A DNA stretch of 64,000 nucleotides from Candidatus Lindowbacteria bacterium RIFCSPLOWO2_12_FULL_62_27 (GCA_001784175.1 MFPR01000004.1:248001-312000); one strand, 5' to 3'; shown: positions 37,385 to 47,691, counted from the stretch's first letter. Numbers and translations: made by a program. The notes: generated from the sequence alone by a model not told the origin.

Positions 37385-39060
37385 ACCGGATCGCCGCCGT
37401 GGGGCTTGCGATCCTCCTGTTTCTGCTGGTCGTTCTTCTGTATCTTCCGTCGCTTCAAAACGGGTTTGTTTGGGACGATCACGCGAACATCGTCGACAAC
37501 CGCGAGCTGAGGACGGCGGAGGGACTGCGCCGCATCTGGCTGGAGCCCGGCGCGGTACTGCAGTATTATCCGCTGACGTACACAACATTCTGGCTGGAAC
37601 ACCGCCTGTGGGGAACCCATCCATTCGGTTATCACCTCGTAAATATTCTGCTTCACGCCGGCGCCGCCGTTCTCGTCTGGATGGCGCTGGGCCGTCTCGG
37701 CGTTCCAAACGCGTGGCTGGCCGCCGCCATTTTCGCGGCGCATCCGTTGCAGGTCGAGTCGGTGTCGTGGGCCAGCGAACGGAAGACGCTGCTCGCGGCG
37801 TTTTTTTCGCTGTGTTCATTTCTGGCGTATGTCCGATTTGCCGGTTTCCGTTCGGGCGCGGAACGCGAGAAAGAGCCGGAATGGGTATTCTATCGACTGT
37901 CGATGGGATTTTTCATCTGCGCCGTTCTAAGCAAGACGGTGGCATGCACCCTGCCGGTGGTGTTCTTCCTGCTGGCGTGGTGGAGAACGCCGAAGGTAAC
38001 GGTGCGGGAAGTAGAACCTCTGATCCCGATGGTCCTCATCAGTTTCGTGATGGGTCTGACGACGATGTGGGTCGAGGAGCGGATGGGATCGCAAGGAGCG
38101 GCTTGGGCGTTCTCCATCTTCGACCGGGTTCTCATCGCCGGGCAGTCCGTGTGGTTTTACGTCTGGAAACTGGTCTGGCCCTTCCCTTCCATATTTATAT
38201 ATCCCCGCTGGCCCCTCGATTCAGCGTGGCGGCTGGTGTTTCCGCTGGCGGCGATCGCGATCACCGGATTTCTGTGGGTCCGGCGAGACCGGTTGGGAAA
38301 AACGCCGCTTTTTGCGACCCTGTATTTTGTCGTGAGTCTCAGCCCGACCCTGGGATTCCTCAACTTTTTTTTCATGAAATACTCGTTCGTCGCCGACCGT
38401 TTCCAGTACCTGGCGGGCGTCGGACTCATCGGCGCGGCCGCCGCAGTGTCGGGCCGGCGGTGGAGATTCGCGCTGGTGATGGTCCTTGCGGGTCTTGCTC
38501 CCGCGACGTGGCAGTACCAGAAGGCGTTTCAGACGGAGGAGACGATCTGGCGGGACACGATTCGAAAAAATCCGGGCGCGTGGATGGCCTACAACAATTT
38601 GGGGAACGAACTGGCCCGGCGCGGAAATTTGCAGGACGCCGCCGGATATTTTACCGAAAGCGTCCGGATCAACCCTGACCACATCAGCGCCCGGATCAAT
38701 CTTGGCAACGCCCTCTGGCTCATGGGCCGCGCCGGCGAGGCCCTCGACGTCCTGTCCGAAACCGCGCGGATTTGGCCGGACCATGCGGACGCGCACTTCG
38801 TGCTGGGCACGGCTCTGGCGCAATCGGGGCGCGCCGCGGACGCGATGTCCCACTTCAGGGAGGCGGTGCGGCTGAATCCCGACCACGCCGACGCCCACCA
38901 CAATCTGGGCGTGGCGCTCGCCCGCGAGGGAAAATCGCGCGAGGCCGCCATCCATTTCGCCGAAGCGTTAAGAGTCCGGCCGGACTTCGAAAAGGCTCAC
39001 GAGCATCTCAATCGGATCTTGGCGGAACTGGAACGTCCCGCGGACGGCCGAACGCCTTAA
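37381..39060 (+). CDS. TMTC-like GT-C protein with TPRs (subtype WDD)
   Basis: GTG start overlapping the upstream stop; FVWDD, QYYPLT, HPLQVESVSWASERK, SFVADRFQY, TPRs. Confidence 0.85.
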   Translation: MNRIAAVGLAILLFLLVVLLYLPSLQNGFVWDDHANIVDNRELRTAEGLRRIWLEPGAVLQYYPLTYTTFWLEHRLWGTHPFGYHLVNILLHAGAAVLVWMALGRLGVPNAWLAAAIFAAHPLQVESVSWASERKTLLAAFFSLCSFLAYVRFAGFRSGAEREKEPEWVFYRLSMGFFICAVLSKTVACTLPVVFFLLAWWRTPKVTVREVEPLIPMVLISFVMGLTTMWVEERMGSQGAAWAFSIFDRVLIAGQSVWFYVWKLVWPFPSIFIYPRWPLDSAWRLVFPLAAIAITGFLWVRRDRLGKTPLFATLYFVVSLSPTLGFLNFFFMKYSFVADRFQYLAGVGLIGAAAAVSGRRWRFALVMVLAGLAPATWQYQKAFQTEETIWRDTIRKNPGAWMAYNNLGNELARRGNLQDAAGYFTESVRINPDHISARINLGNALWLMGRAGEALDVLSETARIWPDHADAHFVLGTALAQSGRAADAMSHFREAVRLNPDHADAHHNLGVALAREGKSREAAIHFAEALRVRPDFEKAHEHLNRILAELERPADGRTP

Positions 39061-39121
39061 CGCCGGCCGGGTCAGCGCCCCCGGCGCCCCAAGTGCCGGC
39101 GTCTCCGACGCCGGCCGGATT
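39061..39121. repeat. ~60-bp palindromic element at a convergent gene junction
   Basis: Reverse complement of the trmD-internal element 22132-22191. Confidence 0.8.
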
Positions 39122-40850
39122 CATCCGTGACCTTCAAGATAAATCGCGCGAAGGTGTCCTGGGGATCGAGGTCGATCGCGCGGGCGGCATGGGACCGCGC
39201 GGCATCCATGTCGCGCATCTGCAGCGCGCAGTAGGCCAGATTCGCGTGGGCACCGCGGCCTATATTTGGATCGTCCGCCACCCGCCGGTATAACTCCACA
39301 GCGCCCGACCACTGGCCCAAGTCTCTTCGAAGGTCGGCAAGCTGTCGAAGCGTTTCCGCGTCCGGCCGATACTGTCGCGCGGCGGACTCGAGCAATCCGG
39401 CCGCCGCGTTCAGCCGACCCTGCTGACGCAGGGCTTCCGCATAGTTGCCGGCCATGGTGAGCGCGTCTTGATCGGGGCGCGCCTGCGGCAGGGGAAGATG
39501 CGCGACCCATGCGGCCAACGCCATGACGGTGATGCCGGCCAGAAACCTCCGGTACGAACGGTCCAGAAGCCGATGGGACAGCCACACCACCGACGCGCCG
39601 GCCATCATCAAAAGGCTCGGGACCGCCGGCAAGCGAAACCGATAGCTCTGATAGAACAAGAGAACGCTGATGAAATAAACAAGCAAAAACCCGAGCGGCA
39701 AAAACCAGCGGCGGCCGGATACAACCGCAAGAAAAAATCCGATCGCGGCTAGGGGAAGAACGACCCCGATTCCGGCGAGGGGGAGGGACAACACGCGGCT
39801 CAGGCGCCGGCCGTAGCGGTAATCGCTGTTGTCCGGAGGCTCGTCCGCATTCCAGAACGCCAGCGCCTTCTTCGCAACCAGTTTCATCTGGCCGGCCGGA
39901 TCCGCGGCAATCTCGCGCGCGGCCTGGCGGGCCCAGTATCGGGACGATTCGCCGGCGGAAATCCGCCGGCCCAGATTCTGTTCGGCCATGCGCCTGAAGT
40001 CCCGATGTTCCGATTCGGGTCGCGCCGCGACAAACGGCGGGACGCTGTACCCGCCGCCGCCATCCTTGAGCGTGCCGATATACAGCAGTTGACCGCCGGA
40101 GGCTGTTGTCCAAATCCATTCTCCGGAGACGGCATAATTTCTGACGGAAATCGGCAGCACGGCCAGTAAGACGGCGGCCCCAAAAGACAGAGCACACAAA
40201 ACCGGCCGCCGACCGCCGGTCGACGGCCGGAGAATCCAGAGAACGGCGGGAACCGTCAGGAGCGCGGCATTCGGCCGAAGGTCTGTCGACAGACCAACGG
40301 CCACGCCGGCCAAGCACGCGATTCGCACCGAATCGGGACGGTCCACTTCCAGAAGCAACCTTAGAGCGAGGGTGTTGAGGAAGAGGACGAGGAATTCATT
40401 CTCGAGTGTTCCTTCCGAATAAATGAATATACCGTAAACTGCGGAGATCAATCCACCGGCCATGCCAGCCGCCGGGCCCGCGATACGGATGCCCGCGCGG
40501 CAGATGAGAGCGCAGGTGGCCGCGCCGATCACATGCTGGATCGCCTTCACGGCGGGCATGGAACCGCCTGTCAGTGCATGGAACAGCGCCAATATATACG
40601 GATACAATGGGCTCATCGAGAAAACTTCCTGACCCGCCAGCCAGTCTCCGGCGAGAATCGCGCGAGCTGTGCGAACATAGACGTCGGCGTCCAGAACGAA
40701 GACATCAAACAGGGGCGACCGGCGGGATTCGAACCAGTAGGCCATCCGAATCGCGAGCGCAAGGACGAAGACCGCGGCCGGGCCGTGACGTTGCAGCCAA
40801 GCCGACTCGCGCCCCTCCAAGTCGGAAGGCCGGTTATCGGCCGGTTTCAT
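39072..40850 (-). CDS. ArnT/GT39-like glycosyltransferase with C-terminal TPRs
   Basis: LDADVY, PLYPYILA, LRPN, RNYAVSG, RFRLP, TPR tail. Confidence 0.8.
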   Translation of the reverse strand: MKPADNRPSDLEGRESAWLQRHGPAAVFVLALAIRMAYWFESRRSPLFDVFVLDADVYVRTARAILAGDWLAGQEVFSMSPLYPYILALFHALTGGSMPAVKAIQHVIGAATCALICRAGIRIAGPAAGMAGGLISAVYGIFIYSEGTLENEFLVLFLNTLALRLLLEVDRPDSVRIACLAGVAVGLSTDLRPNAALLTVPAVLWILRPSTGGRRPVLCALSFGAAVLLAVLPISVRNYAVSGEWIWTTASGGQLLYIGTLKDGGGGYSVPPFVAARPESEHRDFRRMAEQNLGRRISAGESSRYWARQAAREIAADPAGQMKLVAKKALAFWNADEPPDNSDYRYGRRLSRVLSLPLAGIGVVLPLAAIGFFLAVVSGRRWFLPLGFLLVYFISVLLFYQSYRFRLPAVPSLLMMAGASVVWLSHRLLDRSYRRFLAGITVMALAAWVAHLPLPQARPDQDALTMAGNYAEALRQQGRLNAAAGLLESAARQYRPDAETLRQLADLRRDLGQWSGAVELYRRVADDPNIGRGAHANLAYCALQMRDMDAARSHAARAIDLDPQDTFARFILKVTDESGRRRRRRHLGRRGR

Positions 40851-42693
40851 GGGCCGTCAGAAGTTTTGCGTCGTACAGATAGATCGACCCGCCCAGAATT
40901 TCGAGCGGGCGCGCCCGGCGGAGCGGTTCATAGAACATCCGGACCTGCGGATCAAACGAGATTCCCTGAAGATTCGTGGCGCTGATCGCCGCCACACCGG
41001 GTTCCCATGGAATCTGCACCGGCGCCGTCCTGGCATACCCGCCGGGCAACGGCACGTACCGAACGCCGTAGAAGGACGGGTCGGCGGAACCGAAATAGCA
41101 CAAGTACAATTTTGTGTCGGGATGTCTCTTCTGCCACTCGGCAAGTTCCTTCAGGTCCTGTCCCCAGTCGATATTGGAGTCGCCGAGGAGCCTGAGGCCG
41201 CCCCGCGATCCGCCGGCGGCCCGATTGAAGAAACTCAAATAATCCGGAAACGCCAGAGCCGATTCAACGGCCAGGGCCACCAGAAGCGCCGGCAGGATGC
41301 GCCTGAGAGCCGGGCGATCCCATACCATCGACGCCCCCACGCCCATTCCCACGTAGAGGAACGGATACAGCGGCAGAACATGTCGGATGCCCAAATTCAA
41401 ATTCGACGTGACCGCCGCGAACCCGTATCCGGCCACGGGCGCCAGCAGGCAGAATTTTGTCCAGGGGTCCAGCCGTGGGAGCGATCCGGTCGATGGGTGA
41501 CGGGCGGCCCACAGGAGCATGAGCGCCACGGCCATCGTAGCGAGCGGTGTTTTAACAAGCATGGCGAAAGGGAAATAATACCACCAGCCAGTTGTGCGAT
41601 ATTCGCCGCAGAGAAACGCCGGGCGTGTTTGCGACGAACCAAGACTCCGGAGAATGCTGGACAGAAACGCATGGGGCAGAAGATGATGTTTTTCCGCAGC
41701 CGACGCGAATCGAAACAGGAACCCCGACCGTTTCAGCCGGATGTCCACCATCTCCGGCGTACGACCCGGCCGTTCGGCGGCCGCCTGGCTGGCCGCCGCG
41801 AAGAAGATGATTTCCTCTACGTTGTAGCTTAGGTGCGGGTCGGGCGTCGGCAGGAATCGAAATTGGTAGGACGCCCATGTGATCAGAATCGTCATCGCCA
41901 TGATCAGTAGGCAGAGGAACACAGCCACGCACATTCTGGCGCTTCGATTTCGGAGTTCGCGGCCCAAGACCGACCAATCCCACGGCGACAATGCCCGCAG
42001 AAACAGTACGAACGGCACCAGCGCCGCGTACAGGATGCCTGAGAATTTGATCATGAATCCCACTCCGGTCAGGATGGACGCCACGCCCGCCCGGGCCCAC
42101 GTGACCCGCCGGCCCAGCAGCCACAGCGACCATGCCAGGGCTAGCGTGGAGAAACTGAACGCGATGTCGTTTTTGACCAGAGGCGCATGGGCAAGGAAAT
42201 TCGGATCGAAAGCAAATAGGATGGACGCCACGACAGCCGCGCGGGGACCCGCCCATTGCCAGGACCAGCACGCGATGACGGCTCCCAGCGCGACGCCGAT
42301 GATCAACATCATCCTTCTGGACCGGCCGACCATCGCATCGCCGTCGTTTCCGGCGGTACGGAAGAGAACGTCGATCGGGTGGGGGATCGCCATGGGATCC
42401 ACAGGCCGGTCAGGCTCGGCGCGCACCGCCGTCCAATCGACGTTCAACGCTGTCCTCGAGTGGGGCAGGGCCGCCCAGTATTCCCAGAGCGGCGGGTGTT
42501 CCGGGTCGCCCCGAAAATCCCCGCGATGGCGGATCATCCAGCCCGCCATGGTGTGGAAGGGCTCATCAAAGGTCGGGCTTTTGGTCCGGACCGCCCTCCA
42601 GGACTGCACTGCAAACAGCGCATGCAAGAGGACGATGATCGCCACCGCCCACCGCGGGCTCAACACGGGTCGAGGTACGGGTGTCTCCTGCAC
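40834..42693 (-). CDS. ArnT/GT39-like glycosyltransferase
   Basis: SPTFDEPFH, EHPPL, DPNFLAHAPLVKND, KFSG, KTPL, DSNIDWGQDL. Confidence 0.85.
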   Translation of the reverse strand: MQETPVPRPVLSPRWAVAIIVLLHALFAVQSWRAVRTKSPTFDEPFHTMAGWMIRHRGDFRGDPEHPPLWEYWAALPHSRTALNVDWTAVRAEPDRPVDPMAIPHPIDVLFRTAGNDGDAMVGRSRRMMLIIGVALGAVIACWSWQWAGPRAAVVASILFAFDPNFLAHAPLVKNDIAFSFSTLALAWSLWLLGRRVTWARAGVASILTGVGFMIKFSGILYAALVPFVLFLRALSPWDWSVLGRELRNRSARMCVAVFLCLLIMAMTILITWASYQFRFLPTPDPHLSYNVEEIIFFAAASQAAAERPGRTPEMVDIRLKRSGFLFRFASAAEKHHLLPHAFLSSILRSLGSSQTRPAFLCGEYRTTGWWYYFPFAMLVKTPLATMAVALMLLWAARHPSTGSLPRLDPWTKFCLLAPVAGYGFAAVTSNLNLGIRHVLPLYPFLYVGMGVGASMVWDRPALRRILPALLVALAVESALAFPDYLSFFNRAAGGSRGGLRLLGDSNIDWGQDLKELAEWQKRHPDTKLYLCYFGSADPSFYGVRYVPLPGGYARTAPVQIPWEPGVAAISATNLQGISFDPQVRMFYEPLRRARPLEILGGSIYLYDAKLLTAHETGR

Positions 42694-42737
42694 AGTCGAG
42701 ATGTATCAGCGGCCGCCGGGATAGTATAGTGGCATCG

Positions 42738-43253
42738 ATGATGAATGCGACCCTTGACCCGGACACGCGTCGTGTCCGGGTCCGGCTTGCCGCCGTAGTC
42801 CTGCTGATCGCCATTTGTGTCCTTCTGCCCGCGCTCTCCGTGCAGTGCGGGGACGAATCATGGATCCGCTGGTTTCTGTGGCACGCGCGACGTGGGGAGC
42901 CCCTGAGCAAGATCTGGTTGATCCAGGATATCTCGGCGGAGGTTCAGAAGCTTGATGGCCGCACGATCGGGCTCAGGATGGAGATGCCGGAATATCCTGT
43001 GGTCGAAGTCGAGGCTGTCTATTACACGATGAACTATGTTCTTTATCCAAGGAGGGCGCGGGTGGGACCTCCGGAGGCGCCGGTGCGGAGCGGTCACGAC
43101 GTCCTCGAGCTTTTGGTGAAGCAGCGCGAGCGCGGATTCGCATGGGATACGGCCATCGAATCCGCGGTGACATTCTTTTCCGAGAAACACGGCACATGGG
43201 GATTTGAGACATCGGACACCATGACGGCCAGGCCGGTCAGAGTCTCGCGCTGA
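42738..43253 (+). CDS. Hypothetical membrane-anchored protein
   Basis: N-terminal TM; NYVLYPR motif; 2 nt from the next gene; TATAGT 7 nt above the ATG. Confidence 0.55.
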   Translation: MMNATLDPDTRRVRVRLAAVVLLIAICVLLPALSVQCGDESWIRWFLWHARRGEPLSKIWLIQDISAEVQKLDGRTIGLRMEMPEYPVVEVEAVYYTMNYVLYPRRARVGPPEAPVRSGHDVLELLVKQRERGFAWDTAIESAVTFFSEKHGTWGFETSDTMTARPVRVSR

Positions 43254-43254
43254 G

Positions 43255-44592
43255 ATGACACTGCTTCTTTCCGCGCTTTATGCCCTCGTCCTCGTCTGTC
43301 TGGGCGAAGCGATCCTCCGGCTGGTTCGGGCGCCGGGCGCCGGTGGACGGTTGAGCCGGGGGGCGATGAGTCTTGCTGTGGGCGCCGGCGCTCTGCCGAT
43401 TCTGTTGTTCTGGGTTTCGCTGCTCGGCCTTCGTCCAACCCGCCCTGTCACCCTGGGATGCGTCGCGGTCGTCGGGCTGTTCGGGCTTTTCAGGGAAGAC
43501 CGGCGGTTGGTCCGGCCCACGCACGAAAGGTTCGATGCGTTCGTGCTTCTGTGCGCCCTGCCGGCGCTGGGGTTCGTCGCCTTCGTGTCCATCGGCGTTC
43601 CCTTGTACGAATGGGACGCGCTGGCGATCTGGGGGCTGAAAGCCAAAGTGGTGTATTTCGAACCGGTCCGGCAGGCCGCGTACTTTCATGATGCGAGCAA
43701 AATCTACAGCCATCCGGATTATCCGCTCGGGTTGCCGTTTCTGACCGCGGGACTGTATGGACTGCTCGGCGGGGTCGACGAGATCTGGGGGAAGGCGATG
43801 CTGCCGTGCCTGTTTTTTGCGTTTGTGTTTGTGCTGTACCAAGGTCTTCGCGAATGTGTGGACCGGCGCGTGGCCCTTGTGCTGGCATGCGCGACCGCAT
43901 ATCTGCCCACCGTCATCCGCTGGGCCGGCGCGGGCACAGCCGACGCCGTCTTGACCCTCTACATCGCAGGATCACTGTACTATTGGATGAGGTGGTTCCG
44001 CCGGCCGGAATCTTCGGAGTGGTTGTTGGCCGCCTTTTTTTCAGCGTTCGGACTTTTCACCAAGACGGAAGGTCTGGCGACTGCGCTGGCGATTGGCCTG
44101 GCCGCCGCGCTGGCCGCGCCCCGGGGACGACGGCGCGTGGCTATATATTATGGAGGGGTGGTGGCGCTGATCAGCACTCCGTGGGTGCTGTTTCAGCAAA
44201 CGCTTCCTCCCTCCTTTGAACAGTATGCCTCCCACCTGACGGCACAGGACATCCTGGCGCATCTGGACCGGGTCGGTCCCATCGTTTCCGCGTTCGCCAT
44301 GGAATCGATCCGATTCAGCCAGTGGGGTGGATTCTGGATGTTGCCTGTGATCGGGCTGGTCATTGGATTTGGCGCGCTCAGGACATCCGCCGCGCGGTTT
44401 CTATGGATCGCATGGGCCCTACACCTCAGCGCGTATTTCACGGCCTATTTGGTGACGCCGCATCCTCTCGAAGGCCTTCTCAACGCGACGCTCAGCCGCC
44501 TGTGCCTGCATCTCGTGCCCGCGGGCGCGCTTCTCGCGGCAGTCCATTTCAACGACTTTCTTGCGCGACTTCCCAACCGGAATGAATCTTGA
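43255..44592 (+). CDS. Polytopic GT-C-like membrane protein
   Basis: WDALAIWGLKAK, HPDYPLGLP, AD, TKTEG; about 12 TM. Confidence 0.7.
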   Translation: MTLLLSALYALVLVCLGEAILRLVRAPGAGGRLSRGAMSLAVGAGALPILLFWVSLLGLRPTRPVTLGCVAVVGLFGLFREDRRLVRPTHERFDAFVLLCALPALGFVAFVSIGVPLYEWDALAIWGLKAKVVYFEPVRQAAYFHDASKIYSHPDYPLGLPFLTAGLYGLLGGVDEIWGKAMLPCLFFAFVFVLYQGLRECVDRRVALVLACATAYLPTVIRWAGAGTADAVLTLYIAGSLYYWMRWFRRPESSEWLLAAFFSAFGLFTKTEGLATALAIGLAAALAAPRGRRRVAIYYGGVVALISTPWVLFQQTLPPSFEQYASHLTAQDILAHLDRVGPIVSAFAMESIRFSQWGGFWMLPVIGLVIGFGALRTSAARFLWIAWALHLSAYFTAYLVTPHPLEGLLNATLSRLCLHLVPAGALLAAVHFNDFLARLPNRNES

Positions 44593-44605
44593 TAGTTTGT
44601 CCGGC

Positions 44606-45985
44606 ATGCGTATTGTGACGAATTCTTTGGTGAGGGAGACGGAGGTCGACGATCGAAGCCCGCCACCCTCACCCCAGCCCTCTCCCGCCTCCGGCGGGAG
44701 AGGGAGGATACAGTTGCTATCGCTGCTGATGGCGATCCTGCCGTGCAGCCCTTCGCAGGCCGCCGGCGATACCGCGCCCGCGCCGATCGACCGGGCGGCG
44801 GCGTTTGCCGAGGCGAAACGGTTAATCGCCGCGAAGGATGCGCCGCAGAAGCTGAGCGGCGCGCGGGCACTCGATCTTTGGTCGGAGGCGGCGATCTCGC
44901 AGGCGACGCCGGTGTCCTTCAAGGACGATCTGCCCGCGTGGGCGGCGGCGCTGGGCTGGTGCGTGGATCGGCAAACGCGGCCGGCGGCGGCCGGCGGGGT
45001 TCAGTTTCGGCGGATTCTGTTCCGGCATTCCTGGCACAAGGAACTTCTTGCCGGGTTGCCCGTGTCCGACCGCAAGAGATGGGTGGAGGAGATGACGGCG
45101 CTGATCCACGCCGACACGCCGGTGGTCGAGCCATTTTTTTTGAGCACGATCTGGAGCCTGCCGTCCGCCGACCGGATGGAGGCCGTGCGGCGGCTGGGCG
45201 AGCGGCTGAACCGGACAAGTTCGCGGCTGCTCGTGGCCCTCACGCTCTACACGCTCGTGCCGCAGGAGACGATCGACGCCGCGCGAAAGCACTTGATGAT
45301 TCACACGACCGGCGGCAAGGAGATATACCGGGATCTCGTTTCGGAAATCAACTCGCTGCGGGTAGGCGGCGACATGGATGTCAGCCGTCCCCGCCCGCCG
45401 TCCGACAGGGATGTCGGACACCCAGGCGGGGACGATACTGAGGAAGCGCTGTGGCTGAAGGACGCGATCCGGATCGGGCTGCGGTCCGCGGCCGACCGGG
45501 AGCGCGCGGCGGCGATGGGCCGGGCGGTCAGGCTGATTGAAAGCGGGCGGCTTCCCGCCGACCTTGGGCCGGCGCTCGTCGACGGCGTGACGGGCGTCAT
45601 TGACCAAAAGACGTTGCCGTTGTTTGGCGCCGCCTACCGTCTCATGACGAGCCTGTACGAAGCGAAGGCCTGTTCCTTTGATCTTCTCCGCCGGCATCTC
45701 AAGACCGCCCTGCAATACAATCCCTTCGATCCCGAGCGGGGCGGGCGATACATCGATTTGAGGGATTCCCGATATTACTGGATTCTTTATGTCGGTCTGG
45801 CCGCCCGGGAACCGGTCCTGCCGCGGGCCGACCGGCTGGATCTGGCGCGGTCCCTCATGGCCGTCCCGGTGGACGAGCGTTACGAAGAGGATCTGCGCGA
45901 AGTGATGAAATCGATCGTATCGGCCGGACTCATCGGCAAGGCCGAATATGAGAGGTGGGCGGAGAAGCGAAAAATCGGGGAGTGA
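44606..45985 (+). CDS. Hypothetical exported alpha-helical protein (start uncertain: 44582/44606/44729)
   Basis: Long ORF co-oriented with upstream genes; signal-peptide-like LLSLLMAILPCSPSQA; carries two repeat-derived segments. Confidence 0.6.
   Translation: MRIVTNSLVRETEVDDRSPPPSPQPSPASGGRGRIQLLSLLMAILPCSPSQAAGDTAPAPIDRAAAFAEAKRLIAAKDAPQKLSGARALDLWSEAAISQATPVSFKDDLPAWAAALGWCVDRQTRPAAAGGVQFRRILFRHSWHKELLAGLPVSDRKRWVEEMTALIHADTPVVEPFFLSTIWSLPSADRMEAVRRLGERLNRTSSRLLVALTLYTLVPQETIDAARKHLMIHTTGGKEIYRDLVSEINSLRVGGDMDVSRPRPPSDRDVGHPGGDDTEEALWLKDAIRIGLRSAADRERAAAMGRAVRLIESGRLPADLGPALVDGVTGVIDQKTLPLFGAAYRLMTSLYEAKACSFDLLRRHLKTALQYNPFDPERGGRYIDLRDSRYYWILYVGLAAREPVLPRADRLDLARSLMAVPVDERYEEDLREVMKSIVSAGLIGKAEYERWAEKRKIGE
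44666..44704. repeat. CCCTCACCCC..CCCTCTCCC-N-GGGAGAGGG palindromic repeat
   Basis: Family shared with 7761-7800 and the 118-bp repeats. Confidence 0.75.
45365..45434. repeat. 70-bp intragenic hairpin element, copy 1
   Basis: Inner stem GTCCGACA-GGGA-TGTCGGAC, outer stem CGTCCCCGCC/GGCGGGGACG; direct copy at 49776-49845. Confidence 0.8.
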
Positions 45986-46022
45986 GTCTTCAATCAGGAA
46001 ATTCGTCAAGAGAAACGAGTCG

Positions 46023-46180
46023 GTAAACAGTGGAAACCATTGGACACGAACGGACACGAACGATCACGAACAGACACGAAAAAAACATTCTTCCAATGTA
46101 AAAATGTTCGAGTTCGTTCGTGTTCCAAGTTCGTGTTCGTTCGTGGCGGATGTTTTCTCCGCGCTTTACTGAGGCATTAC
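46023..46180. mobile_element. MITE-like element, copy 2
   Basis: Homologous to 2275-2409; supplies the last codons and stop (VMPQ*) of the gene ending at 46166. Confidence 0.6.
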
Positions 46181-47578
46181 GTCGAGTGACAGCCGGCCTT
46201 CCTCTGACGCCGGCAAGCGCGCACGGATGACGAGCGGGGTGAGCGGCGCCGTTTCTACGCCGTCGAAACCATAAAATTTCTTGATCACGCGGAACGCGTG
46301 CGGGAACAGGCGGTAGTTTTGGATTTCCGGATACACCGGCGACGCCGGATGGTAGTGGGCGACCTCGCGGGCGATTCTGATCTGCTCCGCCAGCGCCGGG
46401 CCGTAATGGATGGTCTGATTGCCGGCCGTCGTGTGGAGCGACCCGATGATGAATCCCAGCACGACGGCGAGGCTCGCCGCATAGGCGGCCTGCGCGAGCC
46501 GGCGGAACGGAATGGCGCTGAAAGCGACCCATAAGAAATAGAAGGAACAAATCCACGTGGCGTTGTAATAATGCGGATGGCCGTAGGTCCGGGTCAGGCC
46601 GTTGAGGAGGCACTGCGCCGCGAGCGCGGCGGCGCAGATGAGGGTAGCGTGGGATTCCGCATCGAGGTCTTCGCCGGTTTTCAACCGGGCCCAGACCCGG
46701 CGGGCCGCCTGCGCGATTCCCAGCCACACAAGCGGTATGGCAATCCATGTAACGGCGTGAAAAAAGGAAACCCAGCCGGCGGACGGCCAGCGTTCGCCCA
46801 GAAAATAGTCCATGTCAAAAGACGAAAAAAACCGGCCGCCCATGAGCGGAAACAGCCAGCCCTTCCATGGCGACCCTTCCTGCAAGACCGTTTCGGGTTG
46901 GCCGGAGAACACCTTCATGAGGTAGGGAACCGTCAGCAGGCCCGATACCAAAACGATGCCGGGAAGGTTCGCGCCGCGCACGCGCAGCCGGGCCCTCTGC
47001 GCCCATGCGAAATGCGCGACCACCGCCACAATCCAAGGGACGCTCATGAGATGCGTGAGGAACATCCCCGTCAGCGCGAATCCCGCCAGCCACAATTTCC
47101 ATGCGGTGGGCCGAACGCAAAAAGCAAGATACGCGGCGGCGGACAGCGCCGCCAGCGGGATGAGAAAGGGATTGTCCCAGAGCTGGCGATGGTACAGCCA
47201 GAGACAGGGCGAAAGGAGCGCCAGCGCGCCGGCGGGCGGATCAAGCGACCGGCAGAGGGCCGCGATCCAGACGAGCGCGACCGCCGTGATCAGCGTCATC
47301 AGGAGCGCCTTCAGCCGCACGAGATCCACGAGGTCGTCCGTCACGTGGAGGAGCGCGGTGTAGGTCCAGAGCGGAAACGGGCCGTACAGAATGCCGCGGG
47401 AACCCATGAGGCCGTGGGACGGGATCATGCCCGACTCTTTGCAGAGCATCGCCAGTTCGACGAGTTTCGGTTCGTCGTTGATCCAAGGCGCGTCGCCCGG
47501 CCAGATCAGCGGGACAAGCCCGAGGATTGCGAGAAGCAGAATCAGGATCGAAAGCGAAAAACGGCGACGGGCGTCCAT
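46166..47578 (-). CDS. Polytopic GT-C-like glycosyltransferase
   Basis: WINDEP loop motif, YGPFPLW, RQLWDNP, HPHYY; many TM. Confidence 0.65.
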   Translation of the reverse strand: MDARRRFSLSILILLLAILGLVPLIWPGDAPWINDEPKLVELAMLCKESGMIPSHGLMGSRGILYGPFPLWTYTALLHVTDDLVDLVRLKALLMTLITAVALVWIAALCRSLDPPAGALALLSPCLWLYHRQLWDNPFLIPLAALSAAAYLAFCVRPTAWKLWLAGFALTGMFLTHLMSVPWIVAVVAHFAWAQRARLRVRGANLPGIVLVSGLLTVPYLMKVFSGQPETVLQEGSPWKGWLFPLMGGRFFSSFDMDYFLGERWPSAGWVSFFHAVTWIAIPLVWLGIAQAARRVWARLKTGEDLDAESHATLICAAALAAQCLLNGLTRTYGHPHYYNATWICSFYFLWVAFSAIPFRRLAQAAYAASLAVVLGFIIGSLHTTAGNQTIHYGPALAEQIRIAREVAHYHPASPVYPEIQNYRLFPHAFRVIKKFYGFDGVETAPLTPLVIRARLPASEEGRLSLDVMPQ

Positions 47579-47691
47579 GGAAGTCTCGTTTATCAAACTT
47601 GGGAACAAAAACCCAGCATGACTTTCCATCGGCCGCATTTTCGACCCTGTGGGACTCGACTCAGGGAGCCGTTCAAAGTTATTGTGCGGGC

